From: Perna viridis
Taxonomy: Eukaryota
Assembly: GCA_037379345.1 (NCBI GenBank)
Contig: CM074517.1
Location: forward strand, 4,092,001-4,156,000
Length of the DNA stretch: 64,000 nucleotides
Reading direction: 5' to 3'
Shown here: piece after piece, positions 38,761 through 53,014 of the stretch
How the letters are laid out: each line of letters opens with the position of its first letter
Position numbering within the stretch: the first letter of the stretch is position 1
Program-made: the position numbers and the translations under genes
Notes under the pieces: generated by a model
Seen by the model: the letters and a program-made list of their open reading frames with translations, nothing else
What the model was told of the DNA's origin: nothing
Databases searched by the model: none

Positions 38761-39895
38761 TTTATGTCACTTTACTTTTTTTAAGATTAATTTGAAGAAG
38801 TGTCATCGTTCTGTTACCGTAGATTTTTATTGCCCTTTCCAAGCTTACTTAAATGTATGTTTACACTAGTTGAGGACCTTCAGGTGACCCCTGAAAGTAT
38901 TTATTACTTAGTATTTTATAGCTTGAGGTTATCTGCTGGTACATTTGTTGTGTTTCATAATATCCGTTCATTTTTCTACCATTTCTAAAAAATGTATTAA
39001 TGACCATGTTGTAGCTGGATCAGTATAATCAACATTATTATATATGTGAAAACTATAATAACCTACAAGCTTTCTGCATGTTCAGGAAAAACGTTGTTGG
39101 CTGCTGTCGTTTTTGGTGTGTCTATTTAAACCATGTAGATATGTTTTATTCTTTTAATCCATTTCCCTTTTCTATTTTATCGTTTAGTAACGTGGACGTT
39201 ATTTTTTTATGATAGAGTAGTCTACCCGACCGATGTATCTGGTCCTCTAGGTTTGTTTTTAGTATTCCTGCTCCTTTTTTTTTTTTGTAAAGACGAGCAT
39301 GCGATTGATTAACTCGGTTTCTTTGCCATATATAACAAAACTATCGAAGTAATCAATAGCCATGTTAAAATATAGTTCAGTGCTAATAGAAAAGAAAGTG
39401 GAAATGGGGAATAATTCAAAGAGGCAACAACTCTACCAAACAAAAAAAAGAGCTATTTTGAAAGACATGCATCTGATTGGCCTTCAATGAACGGTAAGAA
39501 ATGCCACACACCCTTTGGTAGGTCCCCTGAAACGAAAACAAGTGAAAAGAGGATCACACTATACCCTAAACATACACACACACATATATATAAGATTAAC
39601 AAAGACTGGAGTTTCCTGAATTGAAACAAGCGCAAAAAATTGTGGCGTGGTTGAGCTAGTTCGGTGAAGCCACAAACACCTCCCCATCACCTAGTAAATA
39701 CGGGCCACAAAATACACGATGAAACGTGATAAAACTCAGTTCAATAGTGGATAAAGAGTTCCGCTTATATATAATGTAAATATAGGGAACACAAACTATT
39801 ACCAGTATTTTAAAAAGATTTTTACAGGCACATAACACTTTTCTGAGCAATTGTAGGATGTCAAAATTAATCCAGTTCTTGTTTGTTTTTTTTTT

Positions 39896-40522
39896 TCACA
39901 TAGAATTCTTACGAGTGACGGGTGATTGGTATTTAAACATCTCCGATCGTCTTCTTGTCATCATTCCTGAGTATTCTGATGGAGTGGCTTCAAAGCTATT
40001 TGTCTTCTCGTTTAAACGATTTCGTTTGTTATTTTTGTCGCGAACTATAAGAAATATTGTCATCAAAGCTGCGAGAGCTATAGTCATAGCTTGGAAACAG
40101 TAACATGGTTCTTCGTCAAAATTTGGTAGTGAAGGCAATCCAATTTGGAAAGTACAAGCTATCTTGGTCTGAAGCGGGAACCACATGTGAAATAAAAAGG
40201 CTATAGGTGCAGTCATGGTAACTAGAACTTTCGCTATAAACTTTGCCATCTTAAACCTCACGAATCTGAACCATTCGATCTTGGCTATAACATAATTGTG
40301 AAACATCAAGTACAATATAGCAGTTACCATGAGTCGAGTATTCTGTTTTCCAAGGTACATCCACAGTGAACTGTTGTTAGTGCACATCATGTAAATGCAT
40401 GACCATATAAAAACGCACATCTGCCACATACTTCCTACTCTCCGTACCGCATCTCGAACTTCTGACCCAATCGTTGTAAGAGCAGTCTGTAAGATACTAA
40501 ACTTGTAAAGCGTTCCAATCAT
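39896..40522 (-). CDS. Intronless orphan protein, 208 aa, 3-4 predicted TM segments and a basic Ser/Arg-rich tail
   Basis: 627-bp open frame with A-rich ATG context (ACAATG), non-repetitive, in sequence where chance ORFs are mostly under ~130 aa. CRE-like TGACGT motifs lie ~70-105 bp upstream. Confidence 0.5.
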   Translation of the reverse strand: MIGTLYKFSILQTALTTIGSEVRDAVRRVGSMWQMCVFIWSCIYMMCTNNSSLWMYLGKQNTRLMVTAILYLMFHNYVIAKIEWFRFVRFKMAKFIAKVLVTMTAPIAFLFHMWFPLQTKIACTFQIGLPSLPNFDEEPCYCFQAMTIALAALMTIFLIVRDKNNKRNRLNEKTNSFEATPSEYSGMMTRRRSEMFKYQSPVTRKNSM

Positions 40523-41404
40523 TGTAAAACAAAACCTATCTGAAGAATGACCACCTTATTCGTTGAGCAGTTTGCATATCTTGTAATTTTCTATGACGTA
40601 GAATATGGCGCTATGATTTGTAACGTCAAAATGCGTAAACAAGAAATAAAACGTTTGAACGTCGTACATACCGTCCTACTTGTATTAGCTTGATAATTTT
40701 GATTTTTCTAGATACTAAAAATATCAGAAGGCCTCTTGTTCATTTGGTGCGAACGCGTTCATAACTGGGTGAATAATGGCGAGCATCCCCAATAGATAAA
40801 TATTTTATAAAACAGTGAAACTAATTCATTCGTAGCGTCTGAATGGTAAAGTCTATAAAAGGAAAAGAATGTTGTTTTATAATGATCCATTTCAAAAACA
40901 TGGCCATCGTTACTAAAAATAGAACATGGGGGTCAGAGAGCAGTTTTTTCGCATACATCTAAAACAACGTAAGGTTTAGCCAAATTCTGGCATGGGTTTA
41001 AAGTGTTCGGCATCATGAGATCTATCTGTAGCCCGTTGTTCGTGAAAATCTGTTGACCTATGTTGTTGTTGCCCTTGGTGGACGTATTTTTTTGTTATAT
41101 TTGATAATATATATTACTTTTAAAAATCTACTCCTCAGAAACAACAAGACAGAGTTCCATGAAAGTTTATATGACTGATCCTCATATTAGGGTATTCTGC
41201 ACAAAATGACCATTTTAATTTTTGATCCGTGGGAAAACATGGCTGCCGTTACTACAGAACATAGCCTGGGGTCAGACAACAGTTTTTCGCAAGTACCTTC
41301 TAAACCGCAATGATTAGCCCAATGCTGAGATGGAGTAAATGTATTCAGCATGGTGAAATCTACCTGTGGTCACATGTGAAAATGTTGGAATAAAATTTTT
41401 GTCG

Positions 41405-41443
<39 letters not shown>

Positions 41444-42451
41444 AGCAGCAACTACACTTTACTAAGAGTTCTCCGACATTGACAGCCCAACACCCTTCCC
41501 GTACTGGTCAACGCGCGCTTTTTGTTTTTGTTTTTTTGTTTTTTTGTTGTTGATATATTTTTTAATGTTATCTTCTTCTGTTAAACTACTTGATAGAATT
41601 CACTGAAAGTTGATATTATTGTATTTAAAAAAAAATAACCGGGAACACGTGACATGACAACTTTAAAAAAAAAAAATACAATGTGACTAATTAAGCCAGT
41701 TGAGCGATTCAGTTCTTTTGTACCCCTCGTTTAAATAATTTTATTCACGTTAGTTTGAAATCTTACGAAAAAAAAACCAACACTTTAAGAAGCTCTAATA
41801 AACGGGTTAATTAATCTTACCAATATATTAAGGCTAAAAACCACTAATTCCACTTCCCATAGGCTTCTATGCTAATTTCACAATATTCAATGGCTTCTCT
41901 GGACCTTAACTTTAACCTGCAGATGACTATATATCAGCATGATTCTACATATGTCAGCTCACAATCCTCAGAATGGCATGTGGGGTTAGCAGACTTGCAG
42001 TGCAGTACTGGTCACCGGAAGTGAAGGGTCTATAAATAGCATGGGAAATCCCAGTGTTTTCACAAGATAGGGGTATATTTAAAAATCATTATGGAGATTA
42101 GGCTTCACATCACAAGAAGCAAAATGCACCTATAAAATGTACAGAAATGTTTTTCCTTTCAGAAACTGTTTAAATTTTTAAAATAAGATGAGAACTTTTT
42201 TCACGGCACTATGAGGAACAGGGGTAATTTCTGCGTAGGACTATTTTTGCGTACGTTCCGAATGCTCATCGGTTGAATTGGTGGTCTGTAACCTATATTC
42301 CTGAAACTCGGTATGTTATCACCGACTTTGTTTTAATTTTTTGCATTAAATATGAAGTTCCGGTTTATTTTTTCATGTTGTCAAAACACGACTTCGGGCT
42401 TTCACTTGAAAATTGTAATGTAAAATGCCTTCCAAATGAAAACTCTGCCAA

Positions 42452-45400
42452 ATGGGAGCTGAAGCAAGTATTTTAGAGGAGTGTTCACTGGAAGACGCCG
42501 TCGTCAATGGGTCAGATACCAAATGTGAAATAAGACATGGGCTGACATTTGAAAACGATTCCCTGATTACTGTGTTTAGTGACAAATCCAGGAAGAAGGA
42601 CACGTCCCGTGCATTTGAAAGAAATATAAAGGTTACTTGAAACTGCCAGCATGTTTTATGACAACAATATATAAATGTGAACACTCCAACATTACACTCA
42701 CATTTTGACATTATGCTTCTATAAAAATCTGGATTTGGACATGGCGTCTTACCTGCATTGCAGTAGGTTGTGACCTTTAAAAAAGCCAATTAATTGACTT
42801 GGATAAAGGATTAACTCCTTAGTTGATTTTTTTTTATATCTTACCTTTCACTTAGAAGCTGCCGAACTGTAACTCTAAAGTCTTATGCCTTATGGTCCTT
42901 TAAATCAGGTTACAATAAGGTAACCCTCCATCCACATGTGTTTGGGGATGTGTATTGAGGGCAGAAGGTAACATTATTCAAACAATGGCAGCCTACCTGA
43001 ATTTTCTAAAAAAAAAATGCTGAACCAGATATGTTCTTGCATAAAACAATTTTTTGCATGTTGTTGGACTGTTTAGTTGGATGAAATCCATGTAGTAACA
43101 GTGAATAATTACAGAATTTTCAAGAATCAGGGTGAATAATTTGGTAGTTCAATAATTGAACAGTAAATTCTCCATTTCAATGAAACATTTCTTCAGCTTG
43201 AGACATGTTGGTACTGACCACTACAATTTATCAATAATGGTTCAATCTTGATTTGTCAGTAACTGATTTTGAACATGATATTGATATCATCTTATTGGTC
43301 AACTTAAAGGGAAAGACCACCTTTGCATTGAGTTAGGCTCTTATGATAAATCAAACCCACGTAAACAAAAGTAAATAACCTTTAATGCAAAGTACGCTTT
43401 TATAAAATGCTGAAGGCTGTGCAAAGTTTGAAAGTATGAGTAACAATATTATTTAATTTTTATTGGGAGTTAGTGCTTTCATGGTCAAATTGGTCATGTT
43501 CATAACTAAAAGGAATAAACAGGCTGGTTTTTCAACACTTCAAGTACAATTTGACAACTACAATGTACTTAAAAAATCTAAGGGAAGCGCATTAAACTGA
43601 ACACAAGAATAAGATTAAATGTTGAAGTCATTGCAAATCATTATGGAAAAAGGCACACTTTGTATTGTTCGGTTAGTCTAAAATGTAGTATCTGAATAAT
43701 CAATAACAAAGTTCATAAATTTCATTGCATCAACATCCTATTTGATTAGATCTTCTGATTAATTGATTAACTGAAACATCACTTATTCTTACTAATGTCT
43801 ATTCTAGTTCCTGAAAAGTCTTCGACATCCTTATATTTTGCATTACATAAGAGATGGAAAAAGTGAAGATAGATTTCTGGTTACAGAGAGAGCAATGCCA
43901 TTGTCTTTATATATTGGTGATTTATCTTCAATGGAAGTTGCCTCTGGAATTTGTAACATTATTTCTGCACTATCCTTCCTACATGATAAGGTAACTTTAT
44001 TATTTACTTCACAAACTGAAACTACAATGTACATGTACAATGTATGTTTTACCTACCAACATTTTAATGGCAATAGTACATTTTGGACATCATGGCATGT
44101 GAATTGAAAGCAGAATTTTAAATTTGTGATAGAAGGGTTGATCTTAAATATATGTATTTGCAAATTGTGAAAAAAACCTCATTGAATCTACACAAAATCT
44201 GAAAATGCATGCTTTGAGTCATACGATATTGAAATCATATATTGTTTGTTTTGGTAATACATTGAATGTGTAATATTTTCTAACTGATTTTGGTATTAAA
44301 TGGTTATTTCACTGATTGTTTCTATCTCTGTGGTTCAACTGCTTTATAGTGTGCTATATTTCTGACAAATGTATTATGTATGTAAACAGGAGACATATTA
44401 ATTATTCCTATTTTCAGGCCAACATCTGCCATAACAATATTTGTGTTGACAGTATTTATGTGACAGAGAATGGAAGCTGGAAGCTTGGTGGATTTGATTG
44501 TGCATGTCCTTTTACTGAAACCTCACCAGACTTTTTAAAACAGATCTTCAAGTTGAGAAATGAAGAAAGTGTTGCTCCAGAGGAATATGTAAGAACTTTT
44601 CTGTAAACCATACAATACTTGATCTTTTACATTGCTTACTTCAACTTTTACCTATTTTTGTGCTGTCTGAAAATGAGAAAATAAATTGTTTCAATGTATT
44701 AACTGAACAATTACATATTTGGTATTTTGGTACATTCAATTCTTTTGAATGGCATTTTGTACCGCAAGCACAGACATTTGCCCAAACTTACCAATCAAAT
44801 CAACAATACAAGATCCTTGCAATGTGTTCGCTCTGAATGACAGAATGTTAATCAGACATTTGGTCAGACAACTTAAAAAATGTACTGGACTCCTTTGAAA
44901 TTTGCCTGTAAAACTCATATTCTTTTGTCCAGCACATTCCCAGAAGACTGTACAATGAAACTTCTTATAGATGTTGATTGGATTTTCTTTTTTTTTTCGT
45001 GAATTGTTTTGTGTTAATGAATTTTTGTGCCTATTTTCAATTGATATGACATGTTTAGGATGAAGGATTAAACCTTACAGTGGAACATGGCCATGTTAGA
45101 GATGTCTACAGTTTTGGAGTTTTGGTTGATTCTTTACTAGAACATTTAGAAGATTTAGGTATACTTATATGTATATTTTTACTTTTGCAGCTGTTGAAAA
45201 GTTCAAAAGGTCTGAATCAAACAAGGAAGTTTACACAATGTACAATGCGGGCTATTTTCAGTGTTTACATTTCATGAATTTAAAGATCTGATTTTGTGAG
45301 GTTAATATTTGCAGTAGTTTCTGTGGTTTATATTTATATTATATAACCACATGTGTTTCTGCAATTTTTCATGACCATAAAATGAGCAAAAAAAGCCCTA

Positions 45401-48400
45401 GTTAAAATCCTCCATTCTTCAGTAGTTGTAAATGACTTTGGCAACTATTTATGTAAAATCAGACCATAATTTTGTTTCATTATGATCTTGTTTTTGTTTA
45501 TATATCTATGTTTCAGGTGAGATATTCTTTTTTTTTTACAGATGACATTATAAAAACATTTTGTTTAAGGTGAGACATTCTCTTTTTACAGATGACATTA
45601 TAAAGACATTTGAGCTAAGAATTCAGGATGAATGTTTGAACAGTGATCCAAAGAAAAGACCAAAGCTACACTCATTTTTAGAAGATAAAATATTCAGGTA
45701 TTAATTCTGGTAGATGGATATGTTTTAAGTATGGTTTTGCTTAAAAACCAGGCAGGGGCAATTCATCATATCTTAAGATACTGTATAAATACATTTGTTA
45801 GAATTTTAATAACAACTCTTCCTATGTTCATGTCCTTGGATCTGCTACTTGGATCATGAAATATTTTTTGACTGATTATAGTGTAAAAATTCTAGCAGGC
45901 AGTTTTCCTATATTTTTCTATAGTAGAACATAACAAAAATCTAAATGTTTAATACCTCCAGTGGGCAACTTTCATTTGCACTTTTAATTTTGAAAACAGT
46001 TTCTATGAGGCCTACTGAAGAATTTCCACAAAAAATATTTTGGATCTGACACATGAGTGGGTAGCATCAATTAAGCCCTGATACACATTTTTAGCTCACC
46101 TGGACAATGGCCATGTGAGCTATTGGCATCTGTCATTGTCATCGTCGTTAACAATTTCTCCTCTGAAACTACTGAATGGATTTGGATGAAATTTAAGATG
46201 CTTGTTCCTTAGAGTATCCTGCTTAAAATGACTTTTTGGATTTTTGTTCGGTTAAAAAACATGGTCTTTATTACTAAAAATAGAGCATAGGGGTTAGACA
46301 GCAGATTTTTGCATTTATCTCCAAAACAGTTAGGTTCATCCAAACTGACTTTCGGGTAAAAGTATTCAGCATGATAAGATCTATCTGTGGTCAAATTTTG
46401 ACGAAAATCTGTTGACCCATGTTGGAGTTATTGTCCTTTTTGGATGTTTTTTGAAGTTTTTGATGTTTTTAATTTCAAAAATCTTCTCCTCAGAAACTAT
46501 GTATTCAATGAAAGTTAGTATTTTTGTTTTTTAGGGTATCCTGCACAAAATGAATGTTTTGATTTTCGGTTGGTTAAAAAACATGGCCACTGTTACTAAA
46601 AATAGAACATAGGGGTCAGATAAGATAAGAAAACTTTATTTTGATTCGGCATGTCATAAATACAAACACAAGCTCTAATGAGCTTTTGGCTGAATATAAA
46701 GGCAGCAGATTTTTGCAATAAATCTCCGTATTTCATTGAAGCCAATAGACTTGTTCAGTATATCATAGTATAGACAAAGTATATACTGTGAAATACTATT
46801 GTTTGTGGATTTCAATTTTTGTGGTTTTCATGGGTATTGTAAACCATAAAATCTGGTTTCCAACGAAAACAAAATTTTCCATTCGTTGGTTTGAAATAGT
46901 TGTCAAATCCACGAATTCATAACTTTTCCCTCAACCACAAAGTACTTTCACAGTAATTTGATATTGAAGTCAATAGCCTTGTTTAGCACAAAGTAAATAA
47001 TTTGATATGGCTAAGACTAATTTAATACATTGGTTACTTCAGCTATCGTTCTGTTACCATGGATTTTATTACATTGTTATGGCCTTTCTGAGCTTACTTA
47101 AAGGTGTGTTTATACTTCTTGAAGTCCTTTTGGTGATCTCTGAAAGTATTTACTATTAAGATTATATGCTGGTGTATTTGTTGCATTTCACTGTCTCCAT
47201 TTTCTTTTTCTGCTATTTTAACATTTTTGCTTTTAATTTCAGTAATGACTTGTTATCTCTGTCAACCTTCTTGTACCATATAACACTGAAGAGTTCAGAA
47301 GAGAGAGAGGAATTCTACAAGTATGAAATTATAATAAGGATATACAGAAATTTCATGATTTGTTTTAATTATTCTTTAGGGTTATCTAGTGTTCATTTGT
47401 TATTGTTTGAAAGTACTGGTAAACATTATAATATTATTATTCACTTTATAGAAATTTAATAAGGACTTATTGCCATTAAAAATTAAAAACAGATTGTGTT
47501 TTTTTTTATACTGTGGATAATGTAGAAGTGTTGGTCAACATTTAAGTGAAATTTTGGGGTAATGCTTTTTGTTGTAAATTTTGGGGTAATACTTTTTGTT
47601 GTAAATTTTGGGGTAATGGTTTTTGTTGTAAATTTTGGGGTAATGCTTTTTGTTGTAAATTTCGCCTTAGAGATTATGATGTTGACTTGCTCCTGCTATA
47701 TTTGGTAGATTTCGAAGATAGAGGTACATGTGATCAATAAATACTTTCATTTATTCTTAAAATTAAAAGAGAGGGACTTGTAACCAATCTAATTATAATG
47801 GTATCATAGGATACATATATTTTGTTTTCAGGACTCTCCTGCCTCGATTACAATCATTACCAATAGATACAGTTGGAAAACATCTAGTCAAACCTTTACT
47901 CTGTAGATTTGTTTTGTTAGATAAGACTGCTAGAGAGTTCGTTGCCCCTCGTATACTCATTCCAAAGAGAGGTAATCTATCAAAAATCAATCAAATTCAT
48001 ACCCATATAAAAGTATGTCATTATTTTCTCAAACCAGGAAACTGAAGAGCGTGTTTGATTAGATCTTCTGATTAATTGATTAACTGAAACATCACATCAT
48101 GCCAATCTTATCATTTACATGCAATTTATTATGTGAAAATGTGCTCACATAACCTTATAAGGAATTAAAAGCTTTTACTGTCATTGATTTCATGTTAAAT
48201 TAAGAAATGAACATGTGATGGCATTGGATTACTCAGAGAACTTAATGGCTATTGAAGTTATTGCAGGGAGAAAGGAAAAACATTTTTATCATAGATTAGA
48301 TTGAATTTTTATTATAGTTGAGAGATGTGTTTTTTTTTTGCATGAAATATGTCAATTATATAATTTATTGTTTTTTTTTTTCAGAGGACAAGTCATGTTT

Positions 48401-51400
48401 AGAGTCAGTGGAGTTAACTCCATTATTTCCAGTCTCCCAGTACAAAACTTATGTAATTCCAGAACTCTACAGAGCCTTCTGTTGTCATGAAATCAACATA
48501 AGGACGTTACTGTTGAAGTATTTTTCATCATATGCTAATCTATTTGACAGGGAAAAACTGGAAGATGTGGTATTTCCTCAAGTAAGTTGTACTTTTGTAT
48601 TTTTTAATCCTGTATGTTTGATAAAAGGTGCTGTACACTTTCAATATTTTGTAATCAGTTTTCCAACACTGAAATATATTGTTATCAGATTTTTGTCTGG
48701 ATAGACAGATTTTAGCAACACATATGTATCTTTGGTGCTCATGTACAATTAGCCCATTGCTTAGATAGATTAATACAATTTAAATCTTGAAAGCTTTAAG
48801 GATTTTTATTTACAGATTTTGCTTGGTATACGAGATGTAAATGAAGAGTTAGCTGCCCTTAGTTTACACTGCCTTGCTGAGCTTATACCAATATTAGGAA
48901 GAGACGTAGTAATTGGTGGTAAAAGTAAATCATATTTTACTGAAGGACTTCCAAAGGTATGAAGATTCTTGAAATGTTATTAATGTTCAACTTCTAAAAA
49001 AGATTTTTACTATAGGAATGAGAAGTGTCATCTTATGAATCCACACTAATTAATCATACATGTACATACATGTAATTTGATAATTGAATTATCGGTAATT
49101 TGAGCAAAACTCCTTTGATGTGTACTTGCTGATAATGCTTGGGTCAGCAAACTGACGTGATACAAGAAATTATCAGGTCAGTTTGCAATAAGCATGTGCC
49201 AATTACCTGCATAGAGCTTTTTTGAGAGTGCAATGAAATGACATTCCTTTTTGGAGAGGGCAATGAAATTACGTTTTACTATGACGTTGCAACAACTGTG
49301 AAATTTGTTCTTGCAACTGTTACTGTAAAAAATATTTTGTAAACAAATACAAAAGAAAATGCAGTACATGTACAACAATATCAATTTTTTTTATTCATCC
49401 TGTAATGGTATTATAAAGCAACATAGTATACTTTCCTTAAACCACAATGGAGATTTGCTGCATTCTAACATGTACATTTAAATCATCTGCTCTCGCATTG
49501 AAGAAAACTAATGTGGAAAAACCATGATGCTCTTACAAGTTACGTACTGGTAGCTGATGTTAATCTTGTCTTGTAAACTAGTACTATAAAGTACTATTTT
49601 AAAATAAAACATAGCACATGGATGGTAACCAGATAACTGACAATGTTTATCGTCCTTTGGACTTCAAGGAAATTTTACTACACAGGAGTGGCTTTATTTT
49701 TAAGAGGACTGGCAAAATCATCTCACCATTGTAGAATTTATATAATCCTGTTAATAATGCACATCAGATGTTAACAAATTAATCTTGTGGCATGCCAACC
49801 TGCCCCAGTTACAACACTTCATCAACTGACACATGTGCTAAATTTTGATTGGGCAGTATCACAAATCATGACGATCAGTGGTCATCCGATAAAATAGTCA
49901 CCTGAATTAATGCATTTAGGTAATATCTTTAACATATCTCAGATGACTAGCATTACTTATCTCAGATGACTAGCATTACTTTCTTTTATAAATAGTAAAT
50001 TACCAATAAGAGGAATAAATGACATTTTGACTTCATCATGGTTAATATCAGGGCTCACCCTAGTGGGCTCATCAGATATAAACCATCATAAAGTCACCAT
50101 CAAAAACAAAATGCTATTTATTCCTATAATATCTCATCAAAGGTAAATGTGAAAGATATACCTTTTTGCTTTTTTTCAGAGTTCAGGTGTTCAGGGTGGA
50201 GACATCGCCAGAAATGTAAATGGTGTAATTGGGAAAATCAAACTTAAAGATCTTGTTCCAAATAGGTAGTTATATCACCTTATACAACCACTCATGCATA
50301 TAATTAAAAATTTTATTCCCAAATTCTACTGTATGAATCCATTTAGCTAGAGAATATTATCTACTGATTACAGTTTACCCTTCATTATTAGTTAATGGGG
50401 TTAAAAAGGGGAGCTTTTGAGCTGTAACTTCAATTTACTTAAGTATCAGCTTGACCTGTATTTTTTTTTATCATTTTAACATTCCAAAGTCGATTTCAAA
50501 TACTGATAGAGGTTTCAGAGTCCAGAAAATTTGATTTACACAAGTTTTAGCTATCAATAAGATAATTACAAAGAATACTTTTGGTGAAGAAAACAATAAC
50601 AATATGTCAACTGGCTTTGTCAGAGACAACAAAAATCAGGAATTAAAATAAAGTATTCTGTTTCAGTACATTGAAATCTGAAAAGAAAACCCCTCCAATG
50701 GAGAGAAAAAGTAGAGAACAAAGAATTAAAGAGCAAAAAGAAAGAAGAGAACAGCAGCGTATTGAGAGACAAAACAGAAAGAATACTTTAAGTAAAGGTA
50801 TAACATCTTAGGCCAATCCAAATTTATTACGTTAATTTTATTTAATTTAAAACTATTGTAACAATTAATTTTGGAAAACTGCAAAGTTTTATTGGAAAGG
50901 AAGTAGATGGCTGATTAATTCAGAAAGCACTTACATGGTACCATTTACCCAGAGGAAGATACATATCAAATTTAACATGATGCTGCTGCAAGAATCCCAA
51001 GAAATAATGCTTTTTCTACAGATATTTATTTTTAATTTTTAAAGTACCAATTTTTTAAAAATGATGAGAAAGTGGATTTGTGGATAGTTTTTTATCACAT
51101 GTGTCAGTTGTTGTTTTAGCTTGATAATTTGGAATAACTTTCACATTTTTCAGTGAAGTCAGAACAAAGTCAGGCTGAACCTATAACTAAAGGAATCACC
51201 CAAAGGGATGAACAACCTGGTTCTATGGTAATGGATGGTAGAGATGTAGCCAGTCAGCCTAGTTCAACCGATGTACTTCATCAGCCTGAGGTGTTCTGTC
51301 ATGATGAAGATGATTGGTCAGACTGGGAAGATGAAAATAGAAACATGAATGATGATTGGTCTAATTCATCACATGACCATATAGTTGTATCTAATCAGCA

Positions 51401-53014
51401 CATAGACACATTACCAGAAATACAACATTCTTTTTATACTGAAGATAAAGGACCAGATTTGTGGTCTTTAGATTCTGGCGTACAGTCTAACAATGGTATT
51501 ATATCAGATGATTCTGCTTCTGTAATGGCTGTAGCTGACAGTAACTCTCAACAAAAGAAAGTAGGAATGAGTTTGAAAGGAAAAGTGAAATCCATTAAAC
51601 CTAAGCAAAACAAACCACTTGGTTCTGAATTTGATATACATAGTGTGGAAATAAAAGTTAAAGAACAAAAGGAGGTTGACTTCTTTGCTGATATGATCCC
51701 TGATATCAAACCAACAAGTGATATGCTTACCTCTGTTGATTCACAGAAAACTCAGACAGTAAAAGAGAATTCATCATTGTTTGCTTATAATACAGCAGAT
51801 TTTGAAACAAAGGTAGCAAAGTGTTATATCATATATTTAGATTAAAATGCACCCTTTTTGTTTATGCATTTTAATTGGCTGTTTCAACCCTATACCTTTT
51901 ACCCTACATCGCATACCTTATATCACACCTCTAGTCCTATATCACATACCCTATATCACACATCTAGACCTGTATTGCATACCCTTTATCACATTCTTAC
52001 GCAGAACACACTTGAAGTATAGTTAAAGTATATGATATAACAAACATGACAAGTCAGAATCTGTATCACATGTGGTACCAACCCTAACCTATATCACCTC
52101 ACAGGCTGGTTGCCCTAGGGGTCATATGCTGTGAAAGTACTATTGTTCATGGGGTATCATTTTTCATGTTTTTTTTGGGAACGCCAAACAACGAAATTTT
52201 GTTCTCAACAAAAAGGAGAATTCCTGTAATGTTTATACTGAAAACAAAACCACAAATTCAAGAATCCACAAACTTGTGATTCTTCCCTGATATAGAAAAA
52301 TTGGTATCCTCGAAGTACTTTCACAGTTGGAGTCTGGTGTTGATACAGCATGTAATACAGATTTTGAGATGTAAAATTCAGTACATATTTTTTCCATGTA
52401 TGTATTTACATCTTGTGAATACATGGATAATCATTATAAAAGTGATATTTTCAAAGTTCACAATAATTCAGTATTTAAAGAAAATAATGATTAGTAACTA
52501 ATTTTTCTAGTATCAAAGTATTAAAATTAATACATTTAAATTTAAATTAGTTCACTTACATGTACAAAATTGTTGATTCATTAAAGTCATCTACTGTATA
52601 TCTTAATTTATAATTTTAATTTTTTTTTTAATTTGAATTCTGCTCAGGGATTTAAAAAAATTGCATGTATATTGCATAACATGTACTTCTATTCTATATT
52701 GACAGTTTTGGGTGTGTGTGGGTACCCTGCTCATTAAATAGATTTTATAAACCACCTTCCTTTTCTGAAATTTTTCCTTAAATAGATGCTTGTATGATGT
52801 GCCGTAAAACATGCCTTTAACATGCTAGAGTGCATGATTTCTCCTGGATTATCCTATTCTTTTCAAAAGCTGCAGGGAACACAACTGTACATACAACTTC
52901 AGGAGTAAACAGTGATTTATATATAAGATGTATTATAATTGGTATTTTTTTTTTTAGGGAACCGATACTTCAGGATGGGGGGATGATGGAGGATGGGATG
53001 TGGAAGGATTCTAA
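42452..53014 (+). CDS. SCYL3: SCY1-like pseudokinase 3 (PACE-1), ~742 aa; exons 42452-42631, 43808-43990, 44418-44588, 45059-45158, 45592-45697, 47243-47320, 47832-47971, 48385-48581, 48816-48956, 50180-50265, 50667-50797, 51154-51812, 52958-53014
   Basis: MGxxxS myristoylation start, pseudokinase motifs LKSLRHPYIL, LSFLHDK..CHNNIC..SIYVT..GSWKLGG and RDVYSFG. HEAT-like region (PQILLGIRD), then LGSEFDI, DFFADMIPDI and an acidic Trp tail. Exon sum 2229 nt is in frame. Confidence 0.9.
46090..46720 (+). mobile_element. Non-autonomous Helitron/Helentron-like interspersed repeat (TTAGCTCACCTG family)
   Basis: Starts TTTTAGCTCACCTGG...GTCATCGTCGTT with ~170-bp internal subrepeats (AAAAACATGGC...ACTAAAAATAGAACATAGGGGTCAGA). 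Also seen at 40880-41720 and 56128-60352. Superfamily assignment is inference. Confidence 0.55.
47549..47661. repeat. 27-bp tandem repeat x4
   Basis: AAATTTTGGGGTAATGCTTTTTGTTGT. Confidence 0.85.

Noticed and set aside
38810-38990. Diverged ~180-bp repeat also at ~47045-47230 and ~55520-55640
   Set aside because: It looks like an ordinary old dispersed repeat fragment and cannot be classified from sequence alone.
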